Below, piece by piece: positions 35,093 through 49,376 of a stretch of DNA of 64,000 bases. The notes under the pieces were generated by a model. That model was not told the DNA's origin. It saw nothing but the letters and a program-made list of their open reading frames with translations, and ran no database searches. The first letter of the stretch is position 1; each line of letters begins with the position of its first letter. The stretch covers positions 16,988,001 to 17,052,000 of the forward strand of contig NC_043007.1 in NCBI RefSeq assembly GCF_006345805.1, read 5' to 3'. Source of the DNA: Octopus sinensis. Taxonomy: Eukaryota. The position numbers were made by a program, and so were the translations under genes.

Positions 35093-37087
35093 AACCCATA
35101 AAGCACTGGGATTTGCACTTACATAGCATGGACTGCTGAGCACATTTTATGAAAATGAGACTACCATGGACACAATAACCCCCCCCACACACACACAAAT
35201 AGTTAAAATATCTTCTTAGTATATAATGGTGGCAAGTTTTACATCATTTGAAAAGTCATTAATTGAATAATTTGTCCTCTTGCATTCTGGCGGGTATCGG
35301 AGCGTTTGAGTGACATTAGACCCCAACAAACGCCCAAAATTTCTGGGCCACGATCGTGACCTGTTGACATGTGCCTGACGGCCACAATCGTAGCCCGTCA
35401 CACTTAATGTGTTAAATTAGGGTCCGGCTTCTACACGCGTAAATACAGTACTTTCGTTTTCATGCATTTTGAATTAAAATTCCACATAGATTAACATTTA
35501 GAATAGGTCCCAGACATAATCAGTTTCGATTGATTCGTCTCCATTATATCCCAACATTTCGTTTTGTATCTAGTCAAATAAAACCATCCCACTGCGCCGT
35601 ACTTTGGGCAAATGTCCTCTATTATAGCTGCAAGTCGAGTAAAGCTTTGCGAAAGAAATATGTTAAACAGAAACTGAAGAATTCCAATGAAGGGACCGAG
35701 TAACACACGTAATCCCTCATTCTGTTTAATTCCTCCACAGGAATCGGGCGCAGAGCGCACCCTGTTACAAATTAATCAGAACACGTCTCTTGTTTACAAA
35801 ATGTAAGATAACGAACACGGTAGGAGTCGGCGTTAACCGGTGACTAAATGAAACAATATTTTCTTTCATTCTAAAAGTTTATTTCGAAATTGTCGACGAA
35901 GTGGCCAACCCTTTCAGCCGGCCAGTACCTATGAGAACCGTAGAGGGGGGCAACGACTGAAAGGAATTACTTCCTTCGAGATATCTGCTCCATGGAGATT
36001 GATATAATCGTTAGGATTAATTAATAATTCAGCGGTGTGCTGTATTGAGCCAGTGTGTTGGGTGAATTGCCACACATATTCGGGTGGAAAAGCTGAGCGG
36101 TGTTATGCTGGCCTTGTCTAAGCATTATACAAAATACTTCCGAATTTTTCTCTGGGTCTCGTATCCTACTGCCCTTGCCTTGTAGAGCTTATTTTTTGGC
36201 GAGTGATTAGTCACTGCGGCCGGTATTAGTACAGAAAAGGCGGTGAGCTGGCAAAAACGTTAGCACGCCGGGCGAAATACTTAGCAGTATTTCGTCTACT
36301 GCTACGTTCTGAGTTCAAATTCCGCCGAGGTCGACTTTGCCTTTCATCCTTTCGGGGTCGATTAAATAAGTACCATTTACGCACTGGGGTCGATATAATC
36401 GACTTAATCCGTTTGTCTCCTCTGTGTGTAGCCCCTTGTGGTTAATAAAGAAATAGGTATAAAGCTGTTTCAGAGTTCAGTTTTATTTTATCGAGTGATG
36501 CCGCCTCTGTTCTTTCCGGAAACTTAAAACGAAAGATTACTTTCTTCTTCTCACTAGCCCTACGAATGAATAAATAGATAAATAAACAAATACTGTCGGC
36601 TTGTTAGAAATGTCAAAGCACCGATTAACTGTCATGCTGTAGTTTCGTTTTAGTCCATATTACGTTTAAAATCCCGCTAGTAATAAACAACTTCAATTTT
36701 GTTTAATATTCGATCATGCATAAAATAGTTGCAATGATTGATTCCTTCGACCACCTATTACCAACAAAAACTGGCATTGTTTTAACTAATCAAAATAAAT
36801 CAATAATTATAGCTGGACAAATAAATTATTAAGTGGTTGTTACGCACCCGGTACTTCATAATTAGATATACCTATCGCTACAAAGATTAACTTTTCAGTT
36901 GCAATCCAGCTTATTGTCGAGTGTGACTGTAATAAAATTACACGGCATCTATCAATTTACCATTTAACCACATAACACTTTTGATGCAGAAATTTTCGTA
37001 TCTAACAATCACGTATATATATATATATGTAAGAGGGATGAAAGCGACATAATTAAATTTTGATAATATATCCCACGTGTTTACTAC

Positions 37088-37361
37088 TGACGTCATCTCC
37101 AGGGTAAACAAATTCAGGACAAGACCCGGATGTAGTTCTATTTCGGTTTTTTTTTTTTTTGTGGCTACCAGCAGTTTTTTTAAGTATTTGAAAAATAATA
37201 AGCTAACGGATATTTAAAAAAATAAAAAACAAAAACAAAACGATATATTTTACTAACTAACTAAAAAAAAATATTTTAGTATGTAAAAACAAAACTAAAT
37301 ATCAGTTGTTGAAGTCTCGTTAGTCTGAGATTATCGCCAAGCCGTTGTCCAACGCCATTTT
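37088..37361 (+). promoter_or_regulatory. Housekeeping-type promoter motifs upstream of the MSETY exon
   Basis: CRE TGACGTCA (37088-37095), ETS-like CCGGATGT (about 37124) and YY1-like CGCCATTTT (37353-37361) in non-repetitive sequence. Confidence 0.4.
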
Positions 37362-37405
37362 GTATGTTTGTTAATAAATCGAAGGAGTCTGTTACAGATA
37401 GGAAG

Positions 37406-37421
37406 ATGTCTGAAACTTATG
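37406..37421 (+). CDS. RAB4: Probable Rab4 GTPase first coding exon (MSETY + G)
   Basis: ggaagATG TCT GAA ACT TAT G followed by GTGAGT. Rab4 proteins begin M(S/A)ETYDFLFK, and as I recall vertebrate RAB4 has a phase-1 intron at this point. Only 5 codons are visible and exon 2 was not found in the window. Confidence 0.6.
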
Positions 37422-37869
37422 GTGAGTCGACTTTCGCTTAATATTTCGTTCCAACGAATATTTCACGGACAGCATTGGTCATCTAATATCAAATCCGAGT
37501 GTGTTATTTAATTTCTAATCGTTCCTTTTCCTTTTTTTAAAAAAAAAAAAAAAATATATCAAAATACTCTTTTATTGTTGTTATGGTTTTTAATACATGT
37601 CTGCTAGGGAGAGGGAGGGAGAGAGAGAAAGAGACATAATGAAGAAGTGAGAGGGTGGGAGTGATAGTGACAGGTGACAGCGAGACAGAGAGAGAGAGTT
37701 ACAGAAAGATAGAGAGATTAAAGACAAGCGGGGAGGGAGCGGCAGAGACTGTGACAATATTGATAGGAAAAGGACTTGGTGACTAGAAAGAGGGTGTGAA
37801 TGTATCCAGTGACAGAAGGATTGAGTGTATAAGAATAGAAGAGAGACTTGGGTCAGAAACCCTAAGCAT

Positions 37870-37884
37870 GTCACACACACATAA

Positions 37885-37931
<47 letters not shown>

Positions 37932-38648
37932 ATATGTATGTGTGTTTATGTATATGTATATATATGTGTATATGGGCGACATATATATGTGTGTGTGTAT
38001 ATATATGTGTGTATATATATATATGTGTATATATATGTGTGTATATATGTGTGTGTATATATGTGTGTATATATATGTGTGTATATATGTGTGTATATAT
38101 ATGTGTATATATATATGTGTATATATATATGTGTATATATATATGTGTGTATATATATGTGTATATATATATGTGTGTATATATATGTGTATATATATGT
38201 GTGTATATATATGGTGTATATATATATGTGTATATATGTGTGTATATATATGGTGTATATATATGTGTATATATGTGTGTATATATGTGTATATATATGT
38301 GTGTATATATATGTGTGTATATATATGTGTTATATATATGTGTGTATATATATGTGTGTATATATATATGTGTGTATATATATGTGTGTATATATATGTG
38401 TGTATATATATATGTGTGTATATATGTGTGTATATATGTGTGTATATATGTGTGTATATATGTGTATATATATGTGTGTATATATATGTGTATATATATA
38501 TGTGTGTATATATGTGTGTGTATATATATGTGTGTATATATATGTGTGTGTATATATATGTGTGTATATATATATGTGTGTATATATGTGTGTATATATG
38601 TGTGTATATATATGTGTATATATATGTGTGTATATATATGTGTATATA

Positions 38649-38679
<31 letters not shown>

Positions 38680-38885
38680 GTGTGTATATATATATATAAC
38701 AATTTAATAGATAAAACATATGCATACATACATACATATATGTACATACCTACATCTATATGTATATATACATGCATATATGAGTACAGGACACCACAAA
38801 TAAACGTAGAACACAACGAGAAACGAAAACATATATGTATGTATATATGTATAATGTATGTGTGTATATATATATAGATATATAA
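37870..38885. repeat. Compound (TA)n/(TG)n microsatellite
   Basis: About 1 kb of TATATGTG-type units, preceded by a GA-rich tract (about 37610-37860). Confidence 0.95.
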
Positions 38886-39406
38886 GACAGGACTTCCGGA
38901 TGTATTATGATAAACAACTAATTTTCTAACCCTAATAATGACTTGAATTCACTTGGTGCGTGTGTTTCGTTAAGCATAACTTCGTAGCTAATGTTTTTCT
39001 TTATTAATTTATTCCTTCATTTATTTAATTAATTCCAAACTAGTTGTTTCTGCAAGAACTAAATTAAACGTGTTAATTGCTTGCTAAAAAGAAACTTTCT
39101 ACTGCAAAACAGGTCTTGTTTTTTCCACGCACATTTACCACTAAAGACATTATTGGCAGCACTGGACTCTGCTGTTTAACATCTTCACAACTATAAATAA
39201 GTTCACTGTTTCATTACGAAATAACAAGTGCTCGCATTAACTAACACAACTTGGCTATTAATTATTCTACAGTTTAACAAATAGGAGAGGGCAGAAACGA
39301 TAAACTTCATTCTATACACAAATGAAAAACGAAATCCTATCCACTGTCTTCGTTTTACTGATAACTGACCATTATATACGTATATATAAATGCTACTGGT
39401 TAGTAA

Positions 39407-39808
39407 TCTTTATATATAAAAGAGAGGTTGTGTGCTGTCTGTCTCCTACGATTTAGATTCCTAACTACTCCCACATTTTGCGGTGCAGTTTAACCAAAAC
39501 CGGGTATCTTATAGTCGTGATTCATATCGAGCCCTTCTGGGTATTAGCGCGCGTCTACGATGAGTCTACGATTTTAAAAATAATTTACCATCATTTTTCC
39601 CCATCTTAATACATTTTTTTCGCTATTATATAAGGGAAGTAACACTCTAAAAATGTCTACGATGAGTCAACGATTTAAAAAAAAATTTACCATAATTTTT
39701 TCCCCATTTTTAATGCATTTTTTTGCTATTTTTTGGCTATAACTCTCCAAAAATGCTTATATAGTTATTTCCCTTACAAACCCGAGCAACGCCGGGCGAT
39801 ACTGCTAG
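39407..39808 (+). mobile_element. Non-autonomous Helitron
   Basis: A|TC 5' end (TCTTTATATATAAAAG), subterminal hairpin CCCG-AGCAACGC-CGGG, and CTAG|T 3' end. Confidence 0.85.
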
Positions 39809-39984
39809 TATATAATATGAAGCTGTTGTTTTATTCGGTTGTGTAATGTGTTCGGTCGTTGACAGGTTCTCCTTTTCTCAGTAACCCGGCAAAACAGTTT
39901 GACAGTTTTGTAAGAACTTTCAACATCAGACAACATAGATAACATTTTTTTTTATATTGTCATACACAAGTTGATTGAATTCTT

Positions 39985-40216
39985 GGTACTATTAGCGAAC
40001 AGTGGTCCCGGTGCGCGCACTCGCGCATCTGCGCTAGCTAGTTGTAAGTAGTCGATCCTACAACGACTTTTTAACCCTAAACCTAACCCTAACCGTAGTT
40101 TGTCTGTAAAAATAATTTATTTACTTAGTTTAAAAAATTGTAGGATCGACTACTTATGACTAGCTAGCGAGGATGCGCAAGTGCGCGCACCGGGACCACT
40201 GTTCGCTTGTAGTACC
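39985..40216. mobile_element. MITE family M2 (Merlin-like)
   Basis: Long TIR starting GGTACTA...GTGGTCCCGGTGCGCGCAC, perfect 8-bp TSD GAATTCTT. Confidence 0.9.
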
Positions 40217-40231
40217 GAATTCTTATTTAAC

Positions 40232-40279
<48 letters not shown>

Positions 40280-40344
40280 TTGTTCAAGTTAGCTTGTTCT
40301 CGTCTAAGCCATTTTGATTGTAAGAATCGTTGACACCAGCCATA

Positions 40345-40378
<34 letters not shown>

Positions 40379-43300
40379 CTACACGGGTAGTTTATATACA
40401 CGCAGTCACACACAGCTGCTTATATATACACACAGCTACTTTTTGCACAAGGCTAACGTCTCTCTCACATGCACACAGCTTGTGTAAAATATATTTCATT
40501 GTATCCTCCCACTTTCTTTGTCCATTAGCAGTTTGTTTATTCAATTTAATGGTCACAATTTTCTCAGTATATCCGCCGACACACAGGAACGTAGTATGCC
40601 GTTTGACTTATACTATCTATCTACCTGTCATTTAACCTGAGATCCGGTTAAATTAAATCTTTGTTTTTCATCTAAATCTGGTACGCGACCATGTTTTGAT
40701 TCTTCACTGGAATCACTTTCGCCACCGATACTCTTGCGGGAGACAGCATTGACACAAATGTCCTTAAGAGAAACCATTATCGCATTGTTTTTGCTGTATG
40801 TGTTTACATCAAACACGAGCTGTCGTTCTGAAAATTAAATGTTTAACTTACTGTGAAAACTGAAGGTTTATTATAACGGTTGCTTTATCTTTACTGTTAA
40901 AGTGAAGAGAAAATTGTACCTTCTTTTGATTTGAACCCAGAAGCTGTAGAATACCAAGATGTTGATTTTATTTTTCATGCTCTAGGACCTCGAATAGAAG
41001 TATCCTTTTCTCTCTCTCTGTTTCTAATATGGAATGAAAGAGGGAAGGACCTGATAGTCACAAATAAATCTGGTCGTTTAGAACTAGTGGGATTCATAAT
41101 TTATTAAGGCGAACATTTTTAATGTGATTTTGTCATTTTAAAGTGACTCGAACTTCAGTTCCATGGATTTCTTTCAGAGATACAAAGCTTTATTTTATTA
41201 AAGATGAGAAACAACTTGTGCAATGTTTGAAGTGAAATGATTTGAAACAGTAACCAAATGGACTTGCAAGCGTCGTTCTATATAGCCCTGGGTCAGCCAT
41301 GATTTAACAAGCCTATGATCATATACATGGCGATTGTAGCTACCTCTCAACCTTTATTCATACATAGTATATCTAAAGCTATATTATCTAGCATGTCATT
41401 CTTTTTTTAAGGCTATAGAGATGTGATTTGAGGGACTTGACGTGTTTCTCGTGTTGAGGCCAACACTTCGATATGCTTCCCTTATACTAGGCTTTGAGCT
41501 GCTCAGTTTAGTGGCCACATCTCCCAATAAACTCCCTATAGCTTAAATGAGGATCGTGTTTGAAATTTTTTAATCTAAAATGTAACAAAGAATACTTGTT
41601 GCTTCCGAATGCTTCATCAGTTGTGTATCATAGATTACTCAGAATGAACATACAGCTACCAAAAAACAGTTCTTCCTCTGTGTGATCTCTCAGTCTGTTA
41701 AAAAATTGCAAACAAGTTTTCTCAAATTCACACCCTTCCATTTTAAATAATAAAGGAAACGTTGTACAACTTAGTTCCTGATTAAAAAAAAAAAAAAAAA
41801 GGGATGGTCATGGCTAGAATGTCTTTTATTATAGGTCGGTTAAATTAAGACTACTTGCAGCTAAATAACAACTTCTGTAGTATTAAAGCTATTGAGGAAG
41901 CCTTTACGTAGTCTCTCACGTTGCTAGAAAAAACAACCAAATCTCTTTTAAGTCACACCCTTTTATTTTAAAAATGAAAGGTCACTGGGATTAACAACCT
42001 GTACATAGGCACAGGCTTGACTGTGGTTAAGAAGCTCACTTTGCAACCACGTGGCTTCGGGTTCAGTCCCACTGCGTGTCTTCTATTATTGTTTTGGGCT
42101 GACCAATGTTTTGTGAATAAATTTGATAGGCGAAAACTGTGTAGAAGCCTGTCGTATATATGCGTGTGTCTTGGCATGTTTGTCCTCCCCACCCCACATT
42201 CACCGCTTGGTTTGTTTACGTCCCCGTAAAGATACCGATAGAATAAGTTCGTAAAAATAAGTACTGAGGTCGATTTGTTTGACTGAACCCTTCAAGACTG
42301 TGCTCCAGCATGGCCGTGATCCAATGACTGAAAGCAGTAAAAGATAACAGATAACGTACCCTGCTCATGTGTTGCCTGTAATAAAAAAAGATGGAACGGT
42401 CACAACTGGAATGCATTTTTTTTTTATGATAGGTTTGTTCAGTCAGAGCTCTATTAGTTTATAAATAAGCACTCAGCAGCGCCTCCAAATGTCACATTGT
42501 TTACAGTAATTTCTTTTGCATGTTTTAGTTGACTCTAACCATGACAGAGCCAGAACAAGTTTAAGTCTATGCAGTGACAGACTTGTTAGCTAAAGAGGAC
42601 TGGCATTTTATATCTATCTTATCACTGACACCGTGCTGTGTCATTATTGGCCAAGACATTTGGTTTTAGTAAATATCTCGTTTTGTTGTCTCCTATGAAT
42701 ACTGAAATCAAGCAGGATCATCAGTTAAGTTCAATCCTGACACATTCATGGGTGTATAGAAGCAGTTGTATGTAAACAAAATAAAAAAAAAACTTTTAAT
42801 CTTACAATGTTGAAAACAACTTATGTTTTGATGTAGAAACGGAAAAAAAAATAAACAAAAAATCCTGAATTTTCAGGCTTGTTTTGAAAGATAATCTTGC
42901 GCACAGAACATAAACACATAGTGGTGATATATGGTCTTCGTTGTGAAATAGCTTTCTTTTTACTGTGTTTTCTGGCAAACAAGTAAAATTTTTCAGACCA
43001 AAATTTACAGCCCTCCAAAAAAAGGTAGGCCGCCTTAAAAAACCAAGATGACTATAGAGGGCCAAAAATTCCATGTGAAATGTAACAGGATTTGGAAAGA
43101 TAGTGACCATGTTTGAATGTTCATACTACATATTATGTTGATTTGTATGCTGGAAAATATGGTATATATACTGTATGTATTCATTTAAGTTGCACTCCTA
43201 ATTTAGCATTACATCCCGAGACAGAATTTTTTTCCCTTCATAGTCTTAGCTTTGCCCTATTTACAAGTTGTACCCCCAGTTTTTCTTCAGTTAAAATAGT

Positions 43301-44459
43301 GTGACTTATGCAGGAGTAGATACTGTATTTCTCCTTGGCTTTTAATATATTTTAGTGCAAGTCCAGTGTCGAACAGTTAATGTAATTTCATATGTTTATC
43401 GACATTAAGGATAGTGCTCATTCGATCGATTAGGTATCCTAGTTTGATGTTTTGTACTTCTTCATCTAAATTCTATTGAGGCCAACAACTGTTTCTCAGT
43501 TGTCAAAGGTCAATAAAGTATCAGTAATATTCTGGGGGGTATTCTGAGTGTGAAAAAACATTCCTGAGCCAATGCAGGTGCTTCTATGTGGTTGATTGTC
43601 TTGTTTTAATTAACAACCAAACCTCCCCATTTGTTTTAAATAAGATACATCCTATAATGAAGACAAATAAAATATACCTCTAAAAGACTAGGTGGTCATA
43701 ACTGGAATGTCTTTGGTCATCAGTTTGCTCAATTTAGGTTGACCTGGGGCTAAATGACAACTGGGATGTCATCCAATTAGCATCCTAGATGAGACTGGTT
43801 GCTATGGTAATAAGCAGAAATGAAGCTATATCGCTTTTTTGCTTTTATGGTATTGATTCTTGTCAACATAGATCACTACTAGTCTCCATAAAGTTTAGTG
43901 ATTATGTTCAGTTATATCAGTGAATACCTGACTAAAGCTTTAGGTAATCTTTTTTTCTAATGGTCATTCATTATGTGAAGCTGAAATGGCATTGCCCTAA
44001 TTTTGTTGACCTCAGGGAAAAGAACAAAACAATATTGTTTAGCCCCAGAGGCATTTCAGTGGTGAACAAACCCATCGTTTTGTACATCAAGGCCTACATT
44101 GCCTTATGTGTTTTGCATTATATAATACAGTAGTGTGGTTTGAGGGGAATTTAGCATCTATTTCTAGCAGGTTGATTGACTAGGTCATTGACTCCAGCTT
44201 ATAGTAACTGTACACTGAGAGAATTATTATACTTTCCTACTAACTAGCTTGACTTGTAATATTTCATACTGCTGTGATATTGATCATAGTGACTACAGAA
44301 TGATTCTGATGTCTACTAATCACCTGTCATAGGTGTGAAGTATACGTCTAGTTTGCTTTCATGTTAAATACATAAACGTATGATGTTTTATTACTCACTA
44401 ACTTGGTCAGTTAATACAACACTGATTAGGATCAGGCTACACATTCTATTTTAACTATA

Positions 44460-44822
44460 GAATACATACACACACATATATATATATGTATATAAGCACA
44501 TATATACACATACACACACACATACACACACACACACATATATATATATACACATATATACATGCACAAACACACAGATATATACATACACAGATATATA
44601 TATACACACACATATATATATACACACATGCATACTCATGCATGCATGCATACATACATACACATATACACACACATATATACACACACACACATATACA
44701 CACACACATATATATATACACACACACATATATACACAAATAAATATACACACACATACACACATATATATACACATACACACACATACACACACACACA
44801 CATGTACACACACGCACACATA
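44460..44822. repeat. Compound (CA)n/(TA)n microsatellite
   Basis: Direct inspection. Confidence 0.95.
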
Positions 44823-45479
44823 GATTTCAGTATGGAAGGATTGTTTGCAATTAATTTCTTTAAATTTTGTACACTTTATTAATTAATGTGTGTATATGTT
44901 TTTCAACAGTTGGCATGTCTGAACAACATAGCTACAAGTCTCATAAATCATAAGCCACTGAACAGAGAACCTCATTCATTGGCAGCTGCTGTTAAGTTGT
45001 ATATAGGTTAGTATTGGTGGTGTTGGGTGAAGAAGTCTATGATCAAAGCTTTCTGGCCATGATTAACCTGTCTTTTCTTAAGGATTACCTTATCCATTAT
45101 CAGCGCTTTTATATTTAAGATGGTCGGGTATCATTTGAATTAGATTTGGTTGCTAATATTAGCAGACCAAACAATTTTGAAGCTCTCCAAATATCTCCTT
45201 TTGGTGGTATATATTGATGTTGACATTGACACTGGCATGGATACGGTGGTAATTATGCTTAACCCCAGATCAGTCATTGATCCACTTGACCAATGGTCAA
45301 AGGTGTTCCAGCTCTGATCATCCCATCTTTTAAGACAGTGTATCTATGACAACATTATCAAATGTATCCTTTTTAAAATGGTAGGGTGTGATTTGAGATT
45401 TGGCTGTTATTTCTAGTAGGACAAGAATCCCATTGACCTAAGTATTGTCTGCTGTGATGATAGGACTTGTGAGTTATGT

Positions 45480-47700
45480 ATCAAGGGTTAGCATACATCT
45501 TTGATTTCATAAGTGTTGGCTGATGATATCAATCAGTCTGCTACATTTGACATCAAATGATCTGGTATCCTCAGCTCAAATCCTAGCTGAACTGAGACAA
45601 TCTAGAATAGAGTCTCCTGCTTATAAATACAATAGAACATCAGAAGGTGACTTGAACCCATGACCCTTGATGAGGCAGTCCAATACCTTATCTATTAAGC
45701 CCACACACCTCTGTAAATCTAGCAGTGTTGAGTGATTTGTGCTTGACCAAAGAAGTAATGAAATTGAAAGGAGAGGAAGATGCAATGTGTTCATAGTTGT
45801 AAATCCCAAGGTTGCTCTCGCTTGATGCAGAAGCTCAGGACAGGTGAAATATTTTCAGATGTACAGATTTAGAAATGATTTAGCAAGGAATTGTTAGTCT
45901 TTATATATATATATATATATATATAAAGACAATATTATAAAGTTGTCTGAATAATTAACCATATCTTCAAGACTAAGTCAAGTAGATATGTGCATTAGAA
46001 ATAAAGATTTTGATCTTAGCCCCAGATACTGTATACACATGCGCGTGTGTGTGTGTGTGTGTGTGTGTTTATAGGGTGTCCATCTATTTTGGAAAATAAG
46101 GTAATCATCAGAACTTTCAAAATGCTCTCCTTTTGTTAATTAGATCACTTAGGTAACAGAAGCTATCAACTCCTTGAAGCCACTTTCTGAGCATTTGAAA
46201 TTTGCTACTCACTACTCTTGTACTTCTGTTTCATACACAGTTCTTCTCTTTCTGCTTGTCTGTAACCACACAGCAGCTCTTGTGCACCTATTGTTTACAT
46301 TAGCCACACTGTATGGAGTTTCTACATGCGTATTTTCTTCCATATTGAGCATGGCCACTCTCCAATTAGCAGTAAAGTTCTGTTATTTTTCTGTTTGCTA
46401 ATACTTGTCTTTGCTAAGATTTTAAGATCTCTGGATTCTCTAGGTTTCCATTTTCGAAATTTCTCTAAATCTTCAACTGATTCAGTCATCAAAACTAGAC
46501 TATTGGTATACAGAAGTTTCTATTGACAGTCTTAAACAATTATGTAATGGCTTGGAGATCAAGATGGAAAGGAGAACACCTGCTAAATTCCACTTTGTAC
46601 TCATTACTCTCATCTTGCTGATACTATCTTTGTGTATGGTTTGCAGTGGCTCTCACAAACCATTCATCTCTGCCTAGTTTCCTTAGTAACCATCAGATTA
46701 CAGTGTGGTACCTAACCAGAGCCTTCTTCAGGTCAATGATTCCTAAGTTTAATGGCTTTCTCTTTGCTAAGAACTCTGGTTGGTTACCTCACTATGGTAT
46801 AACTTCCTGGCACAAACCTGAAATGCTTCTTGTCTGATCTTATTTTCTTCCTAAATAACTGTTCTACAACTCAGTTGCTTTTATACATTAGTCCTTCTCT
46901 TTGACATCTTTGTAGCTGCTTCTTTCGTGAGCATTTCCTTAGCTTTTGCAAGAATTAAAGTTACTACTGCTGTGTCAGTTATAGGGTTTGACCCATTCCT
47001 GTATTACCTGACTATGTGAGTAAAAAATGCCTGTCCCATTTGGCTAGGTAATTATCGTCTCAGTAACCACACCTGTCTGTCTGCTTTTCCTGCCTTCATA
47101 TCTTTAAAGACCATCTTGGCTACATAACTGTCATTTTAAATTGCTGTTCCCCCTTATGGCCTGCTTTTATCTCTCCCAACATCCTCATTCATGAATCTCT
47201 TATAAAAGCATTTCAGTACCTTTTTCACCTTGGTGTTAATCAAGGTGAGATGGAATGCATCAATAATACCATTATAGAAACTTTCTACATGACATCCCGA
47301 TTTATAGTGACATTTTGCTTTACCATCACAGAATAATGGCAAATCTCGTATTTTATACTTGTTGCTAATTATACATGATGTCTAATTTTTCTTCTAGCTA
47401 CCTATATTTTTAACTTGTTCTCTTTCTTCCATTTTTTTCCCAATCCTGTCAGCTTTTATGACATCATCTACCATTCTGTTTCACTAATCATGTCATCTTC
47501 TCTTTGGCTGGAAACTTACTTCATTTACAAATCTGGTCTGTTGTTCACTGTGGATAGTCTTCCAGAAACTCCTAGGTATTTTCTATAAGTCTCTATCACT
47601 TCTTTCTTTTTGACTTACACATCACCTAGTTCTACTTTGAGCCTTTATCTGACTAAGCAATTTTTCAGTCTCCCTATCTTCTTTCTCTAGATGTTTCTGG
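45480..47700 (-). mobile_element. RTE-like LINE, degenerate RT and C-terminus
   Basis: LVLMTESVEDLEKF.KWK...LAKT...GEWPCSI and GVDSFCYLSDLI, with many stops and interruptions. Confidence 0.7.
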
Positions 47701-49376
47701 GTGTGTGTCTCTTATTTGGATGTTAGTCATAACTGCTATATGTCAAGTAGTATGTTCCTCACTGCAGAAAGACAATATTCACAATCCTCTGTTTATTTTG
47801 CTGAAAGAAGCCCATTGTGTGTGTTTGTGTTAATGTCTCCTTGCCTTGACCATCATATGATAGTTGTGAGTGAGTGTCACTCTCATGCAAATGATGTCCT
47901 TCATTTCCAGTCTTCCATGAAAGCATGTCTGATCATGGGGTGTTACTACCTTGCTTGGAAAACAAGTGAAGGTTGGCAACAGGAAGGTCATCCACTCAAC
48001 AAATTCTGTCTGACCATGAAAACACAAAAGAGTAGACATGATGGTGTTGTAACTTGGTCATAACTAGTATGAAGTATTTGTGTATGTGTATGGCCTTAAA
48101 GGTGATGAGAACACATATTAGTTAAACTATGATATGGATCATAATTACTAGCGTACCAATATAACATGGGATTATATATAATTAAATAGATGGAGTCAGA
48201 TTTTCTTTTACTAGTTTCGGTCACTTGACTGTGGCCATGGTGGGGCACTATTGAAAAGTTTGACCCTTTAGCATTCATAATATTTTGTCAAATGTAAAGC
48301 TTACTTTTTAACATTATCTTGAATTAATCATGCATTATCTTTTAGCTTCAAGATTTTGATGTAGTTATTTATTTTTAAAATGACATCATAGGGTAGGCGT
48401 AAGAAGTCAGATCTAGCCAGTTTGAACAGAATGTTTGGGTCTGATATGGCCGATTTAAATGCTAAAGAGTTAATCAAACAAATTGACTTCATTCCTATTT
48501 TGAAAGTCTGGCATTTATTCTATGTGTCTCTTTCACCAAACCGCTAAGTCACAGGGGACATAAATAAACCAACACTGGTTGTCAAGTAGTGGGGAAAAAA
48601 CACAAGGACATGCACATGACAGGCTTCTACACAGTTTCCATTTACCAAATTCACATACAGGACATTGGTTGGTCCAAGGCTATAGCAGAAGGCACCTTGC
48701 CTTAAGTACTGTGTAGTATGATAGAACTTGAAACCATGTGGTTGCAAAGAGAGCTTCTTAACCACACAGCCAAGCCTATCTTTAGTTTTGGTTTGAAATT
48801 AAGGTATTTTTAGTAGCTTGGGATGAGGATCAAACTGGTGTATTTCATTGTTATTTAGTAGTGTGTATGGGACTGTTTATCTCACCTTCCAAAGATACCA
48901 AGCATAAATAAGACTATTTATGAAAATGTAAAAAAGAATATAGCTAGGCACAACTCAATTAATTAATGGCAAGCTGACAAAATCAATAGCAGGTCAAACA
49001 AAATGTTTAGTGGTATTTCTTCTGGTTCTTTTATAATCTGAGTTCAAACCCCATCAAGGTCACCTTTGCCTTTCATTCTTCGTAGTTGATAAAATAAAGT
49101 ACCAGTCAAGTACTAGGATTGATGCAGTCAGTTTGTACCCTTCCTTCAAAATTGCTGGCCTTCAACCCTGCTGGTGACTAGTATTCCATTCAGGGGGATG
49201 ATTGTAATCTCGGTTACTTACATGCTATAGAAATCAGGTATCTGGTTTTTTGAGTCCTAGGGCTCAAGAAAAAAAAATAGGGCAACAAGGTTGACAACTA
49301 GACAGTATTATTTTAGTACCAATACAACATTGGTTTCTCAAGATGCCAAATGTCTTTGGTATGGCTTCATTTCACA

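Noticed and set aside
36239-36330. tRNA gene
   Set aside because: A and B boxes are present but there is no cloverleaf; it runs into the SINE body found many times in the window.
37590-38877. ORFs of 270-408 aa (YIHT/VCIY repeats)
   Set aside because: Translations of TA/TG microsatellite, which cannot easily form stop codons.
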